A stretch of DNA of 64,000 nt from Paraspadella gotoi (GCA_051294375.1 CM119265.1:28302260-28366259); one strand, 5' to 3'; shown: positions 37,245 to 50,824, counted from the first letter of the stretch. Numbers and translations are program-made. The notes: a model not told the origin generated them from the sequence alone.

Positions 37245-40200
37245 TTATTCCAATAACATGTATTTCCCTTTGATCACATTCTGTCTTTTATTTCTTATAG
37301 TTTTAGGAATTCCTGAAGGCGGCGCTAGCAGTTTCTTAGATTTGAGGTTTTTTTCTGTTTTTTTTTTCAATTAACTATACCAAATTATATACATTTTTAA
37401 GGTAAGTGGGACAGACCGACGGACAGACATACCGAGGGACAGACATACCGACCGATCGACCGACCGACAGACCGACCGAAAAGTGACGAGTACTTAGGAG
37501 GGTTTAGGGGGCGAATGAAAATGAGATGAGATGAATGAGATTAATGAGATTAATTTGAATTAATGATTAGAGAATGGGAATCAAATTAATGTGGCAAACG
37601 TTTTTATATAGAAAGGAATGGAACAACAATTTGCAAACTATTTTAAAAATAATTTAAATTAAATTAATTTAATAATGCTTTAAATTAAATTAAGATATAA
37701 TTTTTTGTCATCAAGTGTTTGAACAGAAGGAAGGAAGGAAGAAAGGAAGGAAGGAAAGGAAGGAAGGAAGGAAGAGGAAGAGGAAGAAGGAAGGAAGGAA
37801 AGGAAGGAAGGAAGGAAGGGACCAGGATTTTTAAAGTGATGTAGGTTCAACGGTTTTCGGATTTAAGGGTAATTTTTACGTTTCACTCATTTTAAGCTTT
37901 TTTCGATCTGTTTGACGCTCGTTTTTGGCTCTCTATTCTGAGCGTTCCTTTCATCCCAAAAATTAATTTTAACTCTTACTTAATCCTGAACCTCTATTTT
38001 CTAACCCAAATCGCTAACCCTAAATCTTAATTCTTAACCTTATTCCTTAATCCAAATGATTAACCAAATCAATCATTATCTTAATCCTTAACATCAAACC
38101 GAATCTTCAACTCAAATAATTAACCTAAGTCTGAATTAGAGATGAAATGGGGCGTTTTGGGAAAATAAGGCTTTTTTTCATTTTTTTCAAGAAAAGTGTT
38201 GAGTTTTTTATCTTTGGAATTTCATCACTTTTTTTAATTTGGAGAAAAATATTAAAAATTCTTTGAAAATTAAAACCTACTGTACCTGTCTGCGAAATGT
38301 TTATTTCGGATTTTTTTAAATAGAAAATATTTTAAAATCCCTTGTGAAAAGAACAACTTAATGATCGGGTANNNNNNNNNNNNNNNNNNNNNNNNNTATT
38401 CCAAATAACATGTATTTCCTTTTGATCACATTCTGTCTTTTATTTCTTATAGTTTAGGAATTCCATGAACGGGCGGCGCTAGCAGTTCTTAGATTTGAGG
38501 TTTTTTCTGTTTTTTTTTTTTCCAATTAACATATACCAAATTATATATCATTTAAGTAAGTGGGACAGACGACGGACAAAATACCGAGGGACAGACATAC
38601 CGACCGATCGACGAAAAGTTGACGAGTTACTCGAGGCGCAACTAAAAAAAAGGAAATCTTAAGGGAAGGGTGCGGCAGGGGAGGAAAAGAAAGGAAAGGT
38701 AGGACCGTTAGAAAGAACACTGGATGGATAGCTTAAATATGAACATTTAGGAGTTCAAACTTTGGTTTACCGGCTAGATATAGTCAAGAAACTAGACTGA
38801 CATAGTGGCAAAAGGCCATATTATCAGATTTTTAAATTTTTGGTCATCTTCAGTGTGCAAAGGATAGATGTTAAATAAAAGCTCGCTTGGATGTATTGCG
38901 CGGAGGTGAGTAAAGTTGAAAGTATAGAGCTTTATTGATAGAGTTAGAGAATGGAAAAGCGACGTAGCCACTTTTATAGGAAGGGTACAGACACAGGAAC
39001 TTAGATGCAATGTAGCTAGATATGGTTGAAAATTGTTGTGTATTTTTAATTTGTTATTGTAGTAATACAAGGCAATATTTATACAATAGAAGAGGAGTAT
39101 GAATTAGGCAAAGGAGTAAAGATAGAGTTAATTTTCATATGGCATCTTCGATAATTATACTAGTTAAAATCAAATGAGAGTGTTATTGCTTTGTTTGCCG
39201 GAGGCAACTCCTAAAATTTATAAAACCTAAGTCATTGTAGTGTGTTCGATTAGCCTAATCTTTAACTTTTTATAGATTTTTTAATAATTGGCATGTTGGC
39301 AAAAAACAGTACAGAACAAAAAAATTGACAAACAAATTTGAGAAAAATTTGGAGAATTAATGCTTATTATTTTCTTACTTATAAAGAGGGTCAAATTTTC
39401 ATTTTGTTTCTCGTTATGTGACGCTAGCACAGTATAAGCTAAACCCAACACGGTTCCATTTTATAATATCATCTCCTCATTTAATCGGCATGGAGTTAGC
39501 AACACGAATGAGAATGTTCCCGGCGAAACGTTTACCGGCACCTTTGGAGAGCTTTACCACAAAAATAGGGTAATCAAAATTTTCCTAATGGACAAGTTTT
39601 TTATAAATTAATAATTTATTAAATTATTCTATATTAAAAATCAATAAAATTGATAGAATGAATAATAAAAAATTATTAAAAAATGGTTATAAATTTAAAT
39701 ATTATAATTATTTATGAAAAATTCTAATGACATTCACTCCAATAATACTTATGTAAACCAATTTGTGACCCTTTTCTCGTATTGAGTTTCTTGATTCAAC
39801 CCAGTTATGTTCTATCTTTAATAGTTTATTTGCTAATATTATTGTTATCCTTATTAAAATATTCTCTCTAATTTTTTTTCAAAGTAATATTAAATTTTAA
39901 AGGAAAATTATAACTATGCCCCAAATAGGAGATTGAGAGAGAGAGAAAAGAGATTTATATAATTAAAAGGGACTTAAACCCTACCAGGAAGTGAACGCGA
40001 GGAAGAAGGGGAGGAAAGGAAGGAAGGAAGGAAGGAAGGAAGGAAGGAAGGAAGGAAAGGAAGGAAGGAAGGAAGGGACCAGGATTTTTAAAAGTGAATG
40101 TAGGTTCAACGGTTTTCGGATTTAAGGGGTAATTTTTACGCTTTCACTCATTTTAAGCTTTTTTCGAATCTGTTTGACGCTCGTTTTTGGCTCTCTATTC

Positions 40201-40640
40201 TGAGCGTTGCTTTATATCCCAAAAATTAATTTTAACTGCTTACTTAATCCTGAACCTCTATTTTCTAACCAAATCGCTACCCTAAATCTTAATTCTTAAC
40301 CTATATTCCTTAATCCAAATGATTAACCAAATCAAGAATCAATCATTATCTTAATCCTTAACATCAAACCGAATCTTCAACTCAAATAATTAAACCAAGT
40401 CTGAATTAGAGATGAAATGGGGCGTTTTGGGAAATAAGGCTTTTTTTCATTTTTTTCAAGAAAAGTGTTGAGTTTTTATCTTTGGAATTTCATCACTTTT
40501 TTTAATTTGGAGAAAAATATTAAAAACTTCTTTGAAAATTAAAACCTACTGTACCTGTCTGCGAAATGTTTTTTTCGGATTTTTTAAATAGAAAATATTT
40601 TAAAATCCCTTGTGAAAGAACAAACTTAATGATCGGGTAA
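37245..40640 (+). repeat. Direct duplication across a 25-N gap (37245-37490 ~ 38397-38630; 37730-38371 ~ 40010-40640); contains a GACA/GACC HINE-like repeat
   Basis: The copies differ mainly by 1-nt indels, which points to an assembly artefact. Confidence 0.8.
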
Positions 40641-40735
40641 AAGAAAAAAAGAATAGAAAGAACAGAGAGTAAGATAGAGAGAAAGAGAGAGAGAGAGAAG
40701 AAGAGAAGATGAGAGAGAGAGAGAGTGGAGAGAGC

Positions 40736-40781
<46 letters not shown>

Positions 40782-40879
40782 TCATACTCCGATATAGGAA
40801 ATGACATAAACCTTCTAACTGACGAAGGAATTTCCTTTTTTTCTTTCCTTCCCTTCTTAACTTTTTATTTATTCTCTCA

Positions 40880-41260
40880 ACCACTTTAACCCCATCCCTG
40901 TATCCCCCATAACTAACCCCTATCTTTAGCCCCCATCTTTAACCCCCAAAATTAACCCCAATATTTAACAGCCTCCATTTTTTACCCCCATAATTAACCC
41001 CTATCTTTAACCCCCGCTTTTACCCCCAAAATTAACCCCCATATTTAACCCCCATCTTTTACCCCCCATAATAACCCTATCTTTACCCCAATCTTTTACC
41101 CCCCATTACCATTAACCCCTCATAACTTACCCCTATCTTTAACCCCATCTTTACCCCCCATAATTAACCCTCATATTTTACCCCCATTACTTTAATTCCA
41201 CATTTTCACTCCTAGTATCTTAAACCCCCCATCTTTAAACCTCATTTTTAACCCCAAAAT
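40880..41260. repeat. Degenerate TTTAACCCCCAT-type tandem repeat
   Basis: Directly visible. Confidence 0.85.
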
Positions 41261-41856
41261 TTTACAAAATGAAAATCATAAAATAGTTGGGAGACACTTT
41301 TTTGTTTCAAATAATTTTACAATATAGTTTGAGCTATTGCAAAAATCTTTCAGACAATTCTAAAAAAAATGGTAAAAATTTGGAAAGCACTTTTTTTTCT
41401 TGAGAAGTGAGACATCGAACTTAATCCTTCAGTTAAATCTATCGCGGGCAAGGGATTAAATGCTTGGTCCGAGTCGGGCAAGCTTTTTGTTTCCAAATTA
41501 GGTAATCAGTCGAGATTCCTGAATGACGAACGTTGAGCGAGAAAATGCAGTCGTGTTGTTGTTGTGTTGTTTTGTCGTTCGTTACGGCCTCGAAAAATTA
41601 TCTCGGTTATAAACAAAATAAAACAATCTGCCCCTCCCCCCTCCCTCTTCCTCCTCCTCCCCCCCTCCTCCTCCTCCCCCTCCTCCTCTGCTCGTGACCC
41701 ACTCAATATTTCACGACGTTTTGTGTTGTTGTGTTGTTGATCTCACAATTGGGAAAATCTGGATGAAAATGACAAACAGAAAGTAATTAATTCAAGAGAA
41801 GTTTTATTTATCTTTTATCTCTCTTCTCCTCTCTCTCTCTCCTCTCTCTCTCTCTC

Positions 41857-41904
<48 letters not shown>

Positions 41905-42149
41905 GACATACTAATAGTATTTATGAATTATATGTATGTTTTGTTTTCTTATCATTTTTTTTTTCGAATTCCATCAAAGAAATAAAGAAAAAGGAAAACG
42001 AAAAAAGTAAAAAAACGCCGACGAACGAACGACGACGAACGACGACGACACAACGACCACGACGACTTCCAAAATTAAGGCGATGACAATAACGACGAAA
42101 ACGAAGAAACATCATTTTCTCTCTTTAACATCCCACACTTTGCAACCGT

Positions 42150-43360
42150 TTCTTTTCTTTTCTTTCTTTTTTTTTCTTTCCTTTCTTTTCTTTTTATTCT
42201 TTTCTTTTCTTTCTTTCTCTTTTCTTTTCTTTTCTTTTCTTTTCTTTTCTTTCTTTTCTTCTTTTCTTCCCATTATTTCTCTATTTTTGTTATTTTCTCT
42301 TTTCTTTTTCTTTCTTTTCTTTTCTTTCTTTCTTTTCTTATTATTTTCTTTCTTCTTCTATTCTTTTTTTTTCAATTTCCTCTTCTTGTTATTTTCTTCT
42401 CTTTTCTTTTCTTTCCTTTCCTTTCCTTTCCTTTTCCTTTCCTTTCCTTTCCTTTCTTTTCTTTTCTTTCTTTTCTTTTCTTTTCTTTTCTTTTCCATTT
42501 TCTTTTCGTATTTTTTCTCTTTTCTTTTCTTTTCTTTCTTTGTCTTTTCTTCTCTATTCTTTTATTTTCTTTCAATTTTTCTCTTCTTTATTATTTTTTC
42601 TTTTCTTTTCTTTCTTTTCTTTTCTTTTCTTTTCTTTTCTTTTCTTTTTCTTTTCTTTTTTTTCTTTTCCAACTTTTCTCTTTTTTTGTTATTTTTTTCT
42701 CTTTTTCTTTTTCTTTTCTTTCCTTTCTTTCTTCCCTTTTCTTTTCTTTTCTTTTCTTTTTCTTCTCTATTCTTATTCTCTTTTCAATTTTTCTCTCGTG
42801 TTTATTTTCTTCTTACTCGTTTTCTTTTCTTTTCTTTTCTTTTCTTTTCTTTTTCTTTCTTTTCTTTCTTTTTCTTTTCAATTTTCTCTTTTTTTGTTAT
42901 TTTTCTCTTTTCTTTTCTTTTTTCTTTTCTTCTCTTTCTTTCTTTTCTTTTCTTTCTTTTCTCTTTTTTTTCTTTTTCTTTTTCTTTTCTTTTCTTCTCT
43001 TTCTTTTCTTTTCTTTTTTCTTTCAATTTTCTCTTTTTGTATTTTCTCTTCTCTTCTTTTTCTTTTCTTTTCTTTTCTTCTTTCTTCTCTATTTCTTTTA
43101 TTTTCTTTTCTAATTTTTCCTCTTCTTTGTTATTTTTCTCTTCTTTTTCTTTCTTTTTCTTTTTCTTTTCTTTTCTTTTCTTTTTCTTCTTTCTTTTCTT
43201 TTTATTTTCTTTTTCTTTTCTTTTCTTTTCTTTTTCAATTTTTCTCTTTGTTATTTTTTCTCTTTTTTTCTTTCTTTTTTCTTTTCTTTTCTTTTTCTTT
43301 TCTTTTCTTTTCTTTTCTTTCTTTTTTTTCATCTTTTTCATTTCTATTCTTTCTTATTTT
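42150..43360. repeat. ~1.2-kb (CTTTT)n polypyrimidine low-complexity tract
   Basis: Directly visible. It generates the spurious poly-F/poly-K ORFs. Confidence 0.95.
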
Positions 43361-44007
43361 CTGCTTCTCCTAATTTCTCCTTATTTAGTCTTTCTTTCCT
43401 TTTTTACTTTTTATTCACCCTTCGCTAACCCTCCACAACCTCTGCCACCCTCTTTCTCCTCCACACCCTTCCACACCTTTCCCATCCTCTGCTACCCCGC
43501 CTTTCAAACCCGAAGCATAAAGAAACAATTTCATCTCAGGAACGTAAACAATCTTCGAAGGCGGACTTCCCCCCGGGGGCTGGAGGAGGAGGAGGAGGAG
43601 GACGCGAGAGCGTGAGGGGATGAGTGGTTGGGGTCAGGTGGGTTCATGAGGTGAGAGGGTAGCGACCAGGGCGGCTCAGAGTAGGAGTGGCGACTGCTGG
43701 AGCGGGTGGTGAAGTCTGAAGGTGGTCGAGTCGGGAGTTGCGAGAAAAAAGTGGAGGGGCGATTCTCGAGGGAGTCGAGGACCAAATGGTTTAGGGTTTG
43801 GGAAGATTAGAGACGAGAGAGAGAAAGAGAGAGAGAGATGGAGAGATCCGAGCCATGAGACGAGAGAGATCCGGATGATAGAGGAGAGACGAGAGAGTCT
43901 GCGAGTGCGAGAGATGAGAGAGAGCAGCACGAGAGAGTGGAGAGCAAGAGCAAGATTCGCTTGGATGGGGGAGCGAGACATTCTTCTTCTGCTTAGGTTA
44001 ACGCCGA

Positions 44008-44061
<54 letters not shown>

Positions 44062-45767
44062 TTCTCTCTCTCTCTTCTCTAACTCCAAGATAGAGAACCT
44101 TCATCCTTTTCACGAGATTCGTTATCGTTCAATTTTTCGCTTTCGTTGCTTCGTGAACTCATTGGGTTCACGTCCCCCTGACCTCAGTGAACTTTTTGTT
44201 TGTCGTGTTTGTTGTTTTTGTTTCTTCAACGTGGAATTCTGAAGTTAGTAAACTTTAAAAACTTAATGAGTCAATAAAAAATTAGTTAAAACTGTTGATA
44301 GGTATTCATAGCTAAAGAAGTTGATAAGGTTAGGAATTTAGAATTTAAGCTATGGGTTATGAAAGTTGACAGAATTAGTCCTTAGAATGTTAAAGTTTGA
44401 GATGATAAAAAGGTTATCAAGGAGATTGTTTAGAGAAGTTGATCTGGATAGAATTAAGTCAATACCCGATATACGTAAGTCATTTCATGAACAACGTTTG
44501 TACTAATGGCGATAAGTGTATAAAAAAATTATAAAGTTTAAATTGTCATTTAAAAGTTGATAAAAATAAATACTATTTTTTTTAAAAAAAATTTTCATTA
44601 AGTTGGCTAAATTTAACTTACGCGCCTTATCGAGAATTAAAAAAAAACATAAAATTATCTTTCTTATAAAACTTAATGTTGGTTTATAGATCAAAAAACT
44701 TTGAATCCAAGCTTTTTCCTCTCGAACACAATATTCTAAAAATCTTGTCAGCTAGATTTTTTTCTTTTTTTTTTCGTTCTGAATTTACAATATTATTATT
44801 TTGTTGAATTGTAAACTGTACAATTTATTTTCGTTTATCTGTAATTGCTGTTGCCTTTTTTGAATGCTACTGTTTCAAAACTAATTGTTGGAAACGAATA
44901 ATAACAATATTATAATTGACTTTTAAAATGTTTCACCTAACATAACTTTTTAAGTATAATTCATAATCATCTTCGTCTTCAATAAATTGGAATCGACTGA
45001 CGATGACCTTCAACTCTGAATCCGAGATTGGGTCGAGATGTCGAAGGAGCTTGAGAGGGAGCTGAGGAGACGAGAGACGGGAGAGAGAGAGACGAGAGGG
45101 AGAGGGCGGATGGGCGAGAGGGAGAGAAGAGAGAAAGAAGAATGGGAGCATTTAGAGACCAAAGGGGGAAGAAGGAAAGGGTAAATCCACAGGAAATTGA
45201 AAAAGAGGAGAATTGTAATTGGGAAAATGAAAAGCATGAAGGAGAGAGAAGAGAGAGACGAGTGAGAGGGGAGAGAGACGCCGAAGAGAGGAAGACGAGA
45301 GAGAGAGAGAGAGAGAGAGATATGAGGAGAGAGGAAAAAGGCGGACCGCAGGACGGGTGGGCGAAAAGGCGGTGCAGGAATCGATCGCAGATTCTCAGGG
45401 GAAAAATGAAAAACACCATATTCTCTCTCTCGTTCTCTCTCTCTCTCTCACTCTCATACCTTTCAATGACAAGCGTGAAGTCCCTATAAGATCACCAATT
45501 GACCGTCTATACGTTTTAACTCCTTAATCACGTGACACAAAAAGAAAATTATATAACTTCATGTCAGATTTCGGTTTTGATTTTATTTTTAACATCATTT
45601 ACAAGTAAATACAATTTTAAACTCTAATCGGTTACCCATCCTTTAACCAAATTGTTAACCCTAATCCCTAACTTCATCCCTAACTCTAATCTCTAATCCC
45701 TTACTTAATCCATAACTCTAATCGCCAATCCCTGTACTACAGGGCAGTAGTCGGGCATTTTCAGTTG

Positions 45768-46002
45768 TGACCCTGTGGCTCATTGAGTAAAGCCATCAGC
45801 TCATGACCACTAGGTACCGGGTTCAATCCCAACCCAGTCCCTACACTGCGGGAAGCGTGAGGACGGCCGTAAGCCGTAAGCCGTAAGCCTCCTTGGGGGC
45901 GTGGCAAACCTTCAAGTCTGGTTCCAAGCCCAGGACCCGTTCCATGGCTGCTAGAGGGGGTTATAGAAGTTACGGATAGTCATCTTCAGCCCACTTAGCG
46001 CC
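45768..46002 (+). mobile_element. tRNA-derived SINE, family A
   Basis: A box TGGCTCATTGA (45776-45786), B box GGTTCAATCCC (45820-45830). A diverged copy lies at 9421-9613 (-) and a duplicate at ~51905-52131. Confidence 0.8.
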
Positions 46003-46099
46003 TTAATCCATAACTCTAATCCTTAATCCCTAACTTAATCCATAACTCTAATCTTTAATCCATAACTCTAATCCCTAATATTTAATCAAATCTCTAACC

Positions 46100-46137
<38 letters not shown>

Positions 46138-46247
46138 CATAACAGTTAAAACCCATAATCTTTAAACTAAAAACTAATTTCTTAATTTCGGATGAAATTG
46201 GGTATTTTTAGAAAATAAGACGTTTATTCTCTCTCAGCCTCAACCTC

Positions 46248-46500
46248 TCAATCACATGCTGTCCATTTTTCCCACAATCGAATTCTTCTCAATTTGCATC
46301 CAAATTCGCTCTTAATGCAACCGAGTCCGATGCAATCAGCGGGTCTTTGTCTTCTCTCATGTATCAAGTACTCATGACTCATAATGTCATCATATCTGTC
46401 CTTTGGATGATAAGTGACTTCTTTCTTCAAAACTTCCGTCCACGTGAAATCATCTTTGGATTCCGTGAGATTCGCCAGGCGAACGGAAAACTCGTTCACC
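46248..46500 (-). CDS. Nested antisense secreted-protein gene, exon 3 (last)
   Basis: caattttag| (R)VNEFSVRLANLTESKDDFTWTEVLKK...CIGLGCIKSEFGCKLRRIRLWEKWTACD*. The phase 2 start matches exon 2. Confidence 0.8.
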
Positions 46501-46683
46501 CTAAAATTGAAACAACGATTTTAGCACAGGTTCCATATTATTTGGCCTAGAAACCTCGTCATGGGCAGGAATGAATGATCTTTGTCTTGGCTTTCAAATG
46601 AACCCAAGTTTTAATTCATAGGATGACAGGCAAGCGAGGTAGTTGGGTGTTCAAAGTTTAACCACATGTGTATACAAATTAAT

Positions 46684-46822
46684 TATGAAATTGGTACAAC
46701 CAATATAAAAATTATCCATTCATTTAATAAACAAGCTATCTTGCCCCTGACTTTGGACAGGCTTTGGTGGTTTAAGGCCTCCATCACTCTTACAAGATAA
46801 TGACATAGCAGGTCCCTGCAAG
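46684..46822 (+). mobile_element. Copy of the dispersed short repeat family (in intron 2 of the nested gene)
   Basis: Matches 57848-58008 (-), 2699-2765 and 4025-4138. Confidence 0.75.
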
Positions 46823-46861
46823 CAAAATTAATTATTTAAGTCCGGCTCTATCGTACTTTAC

Positions 46862-47099
46862 CTGAATTTTTCATTATTAGTAAACTGCACTTTTCCAAAT
46901 ATCTTTGTTTCATTGAAGCAGAAAAAACTCATTTCATATTCGCTGAAGAACCATTTGGACTGGAGATTTTTGCAGTTGACTCGATCGCAGAGTTCTCCGC
47001 GTCCTTCAAAGAGTTTGTCCACATCCGGGGATCGGAAATTGTTGATCGAGTGACTCCGTAGAATCCGAACTGTTTGATGCGGTCCTCTCATCCATTTAA
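46862..47099 (-). CDS. Nested antisense secreted-protein gene, exon 2
   Basis: ttgacattcag| (V)KWMRGPHQTVRILRSHSINNFRSPDVDKLFEGRGELCDRVNCKNLQSKWFFSEYEMSFFCFNETKIFGKVQFTNNEKF(R) |gtaaag. Fully open, phase 1 to 2. Confidence 0.8.
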
Positions 47100-47321
47100 C
47101 TGAATGTCAAAAGTATGGGAGAATATAAAGGGGATCCGGACCAATTTATGTAAAAAAAAAACTTTTGTCGATTTGACAAACTGAGCAAGGCCTTTAAAAT
47201 AAAAACCCAAAAAGCAATCAGACTTATTCTAATAAATCTGATCATAATCTTACGTTCAACAGTTACCGATAAAGGTTACACTTTTTCTTTTCTCTGTGAT
47301 GCTCATTTTGAATCACTTTAA

Positions 47322-47540
47322 GTGATCGGGATTAGAGAGGGTCGCCATGCCTTCTCTTATGAAGATGGCCCTCACAGTTTGCCCAGTGGGTCTGGGAGAT
47401 TTTTCCGTCAGTTGCCTTGCTTTCCGGAACTTTCCGGAGGTTTAAAAAGCCCGTCACTCTTTTGCAAGGATTGTTCAGGGCTAGAACCAGGGACCAAATG
47501 GGTTTGGATATGATGCGTTAGCCCAGTGCGCTATTACGGC
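47322..47540 (-). mobile_element. Probable second tRNA-derived SINE (family B)
   Basis: Minus-strand A-box-like TAGCGCACTGG (47533-47523) and B-box-like GGTTCTAGCCC (47488-47478) at tRNA spacing. Duplicate at ~53465-53683. Confidence 0.5.
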
Positions 47541-47606
47541 GCTGATGGAAGGAACAGTCCTATCCAACGAGTAAAGATATTACATCACTACATTTTATAT
47601 AATATA

Positions 47607-50600
47607 CAGTACCGGAAACTAGAATGTCGTAAGTCTGCTAATGGATAACTTTTCCATTTATAGGATAAATGGCTTTAGGATTTTATAGGAGGTTTGCCTG
47701 GATGTCGGCTATTGCCCATTAAGCCAATTTTTAAAAAAATAATCTTAAACCACTTAAAAATTGGGGCAAATTTTTTTTAAAAACTTGGCATTAGCATCCA
47801 ATATATTAAATTTTTCTTAAAATTTTGCCTAAATTGTACTCAAGAGGTTTGAAACTATGTAAAAAATATTGTTACTATCCAAAAAGTTTTTCCATATTTA
47901 TCCAGTGCGTTAATTTTGTAGATGGGTCATTTTTCAATGATGCATAACTCCTTATTGTGAATATATGGTTAAATTTTAGTAATAGTGGGCCTTGGGTAGT
48001 CCTACAATACATATAAATGGCAATCATTTGAAAACTTTTTGACCAAGGTCAAAATTTTTTACCAAAATTCAATTGTCACCTGCTAAAAATATTATTGCAA
48101 ATAATGTTAATCTCTTTGCCCTATAAATTCAGTTAAAACATATTTAAAAATAACCTAAAGCAAAAAATTTTTCTCAACATTTTTAAAAAACTCATGCATA
48201 TTGTTGCATTTTATATTTTTTTACATTTTTTCACATAAAAGTAATCCCATTTTTAAAAATTTTTTGTAATACAGATAATATATAATCAAAGACTTTAAAA
48301 ATACTACCATCAAAGCTAAATTTTTAATAAATTATCAAATATTTATTTAAATATATTTTAAATATTACTAAAATTAGGATTTTAATAAGCATTCTGCTAA
48401 CTTTTTCAAGTGGGCCATCGTTGAAAAGAGGGCAACTCAAGGATTCCAAATATATAATTTTTTACCAAATTTATTGTCCATGCTGAGATAATTCTTCCAA
48501 AGTGCTCAAAAAATGAAAAAACACTACTTTTTAATCTTAATAAAAAATGCTACTATTTTACTATATTTCTTGTGGTTATAGTTTGTTTCAATACTTGGTA
48601 ACTAGCGTCAGAATTGTTCATATTTTGTGGTTAATTCATGTCCAGGAATAAAATAATATTATAGTAGATTCCCTCAATCGATTTTTTAAATTTGGCAGAC
48701 ATTTACTCTTTTTTACTTTTAGTTTTTAGAGTATGCATTAAACGTTTCTCTTGATAGCGCAAATAGAATTGAGAAATCAAAAGTTAATAGTACCAATAGG
48801 TGGTTTATCTCCAAATAGATGAAAAAACCTTGTTAAAATTTGATCTGATACGGGTAACTTAGCGTACCAATGGCATCGTTCCCATGCCAATCGTTTTCTT
48901 TCAATAATTTTTTTTTTTAATACATTTTGAAGGGAAAAGGAAATTAGAAATGCTGGTGGCATGAAGTTATAAAAAATTCTGCCATAGTGGACTTGAAATC
49001 ATGACCTTTTATGTCTTGGCGTTAATGGGGGCTGTAAATAAACCCAAAAAATTTCAATCATTAAAGTTCAGTCAATCAACCTTTCAAATAGGTTGTTCTA
49101 CGAAATTTTTTTAGTGAAGAAAAAAAAATTGAATGAAGAGAAAAAATTTTGGCAGAACAGTTCTATTTGAAAGGTTGATTGACTGACTTAATAATTTGAA
49201 TTTTGGTTATTTTACTGCCCCCATTACGCAAGACATATAAATCATAATTTTCAAGTCACTATGGCCAGATTTTTTATAAATTTCATCCACCAGCATTTCT
49301 AATTTCCTTTTTCCCCTTTCAAATGTATTAAATAAAAAGAATTATTTGAATAAACGATTGGCATGGACGATGCCATTGGTACGCCGTAAGTTACCCCTAT
49401 TCCAAGATTCCAAATTTTTAAACAAGGTTTTTTCCATCATTGAGACATAACACCAACTAGTTGGTACTATTAATTTTTGATTCTCAATTCATTTTGCGTA
49501 AATCAGAGAAACGTTTATCATACTCTAAAAACTTAGTAAAAAAGAGTAAAATGTTCCTGCAAATTTAAAAATCGATTGGATAATCTAACTATAATATTTA
49601 TTTTATTCCCTGGACATGACATTACCACAAAATATGAACAATTCTTGACCTAGTACCAGTATTGAAACAAAACTATCATAGTCGCATTTTTTATTAACGA
49701 TTAAAAAGTAGTGGTGTTTTTCAATTTTTTGAGGCACTTTGGAAAGAATTATCTCACTTTGGGACATTAAAATTTGGTAAAAATTATATATTTGGAATAC
49801 CTTGAGTTGCCTCTTTTTAATGATGCCCATTTTGAAAGCATTCGTTAGCAGAAATGCTTATAAAATTCCTATTTTTAGTAATATGTAAATACATTTAAAA
49901 TATTTAAAATTTATTAAAAATTAGATTTTGATGTATATTTAAAGTCTTGATTATATATTATCTGACTGTCTACCAAAATTTTTAAAAAATGGATTACTTT
50001 TATGTTGAAAAAAATGTAAAAAAATTTAAAAATGCAACAATAGTGCAAATGAGTTTTAAAAATGTTGAGAAACAATTTTTTGATTTAGCTTATTTTAAAA
50101 TGTTTTAACTGATTTATAGCAAAAGATAACATTATTTGCAATAAATATTTTTAGCAGGATTGACAACTTTGAATTTTGTTAAAAAAAAATTTTGAACCGT
50201 GCTGCAAAAGTTTTTTCAAAATGATGAAATTTATATGTATGGCAGGACTTACCAAGGCCCACTATGTACTAAATGTAAAACATAATATTCACAAATAAGG
50301 AAGTTATGCATTCATTGAAAAAAAGACCAATCTAAAATATTAGCACTGATAAATATGGAAAAAAACTTTTGATAGTAACAATATTTCTACAGAAGTTTAC
50401 AAACCTCTTTGAGTACAATTTAGCAAAATTTAAGAAAAAAATTTAAATATATTGAGCTATGCAAGTTTTTTAAAAAAAATTTTACCAATTTTTAAAGTGC
50501 GTTTTAGATTATTTGTTTTAAAAATTGCTTAAAATGGGCAATAGGCCAGACATCCAGGCAACCTCATAAAATCCAAAGCCATTTATCCTATAAATAAGAA

Positions 50601-50643
50601 AAAATCCCAGTACAGACTTAAGACATTCTAGTTTCCGGTACTG
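47607..50643. mobile_element. Non-autonomous foldback DNA transposon (Tc1/mariner/pogo-type ends) with ~1.5-kb inverted arms
   Basis: TA|CAGTACCGGAAACTAGAATGTC ... GACATTCTAGTTTCCGGTACTG|TA. The arms are reverse-complementary inward to a ~30-bp spacer at ~49113-49140. No transposase ORF. Confidence 0.88.
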
Positions 50644-50653
50644 TAGTCATCAC

Positions 50654-50824
50654 CTTCGTGCAGCTCATCCACTTTTGTGTTACCATCAATTGCTGACCAC
50701 TAATTGAGTCAAAAATTTTCACAATTTTCGGTGAATTCTCTGTCGCTGACTTGCAAAGTTTTATCGAGAGAATAATTAAAAGGAGGATTTTCCACAAACG
50801 ACTTTTGCAATTGAGAATAGTCAT
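50654..50824 (-). CDS. Nested antisense secreted-protein gene, exon 1 (signal peptide)
   Basis: MTILNCKSRLWKILLLIILSIKLCKSA-TENSPKIVKIFDSISGQQL..., donor AAG|gtgatg. The duplicate copy reads ...LIVTKSGWLHE + G (phase 1), matching exon 2. Confidence 0.72.

Noticed and set aside
42083-43615. 510-aa Phe-rich ORF and antisense Lys-rich ORFs
   Set aside because: A polypyrimidine tract that lacks stop codons by composition.
45768-45840. Possible tRNA gene
   Set aside because: It has A/B boxes but no convincing cloverleaf and continues into a repeat body shared with 9421-9613; called a SINE.
45650-46105. CCCTAA-containing repeats as interstitial telomere
   Set aside because: The units are degenerate ~12-18-mers (AATCCCTAACTCT), not tandem TTAGGG hexamers.
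47322-47513. 63-aa plus-strand ORF (and its duplicate at 53450-53656)
   Set aside because: It overlaps the antisense of a probable SINE and has no supporting splice or domain evidence.
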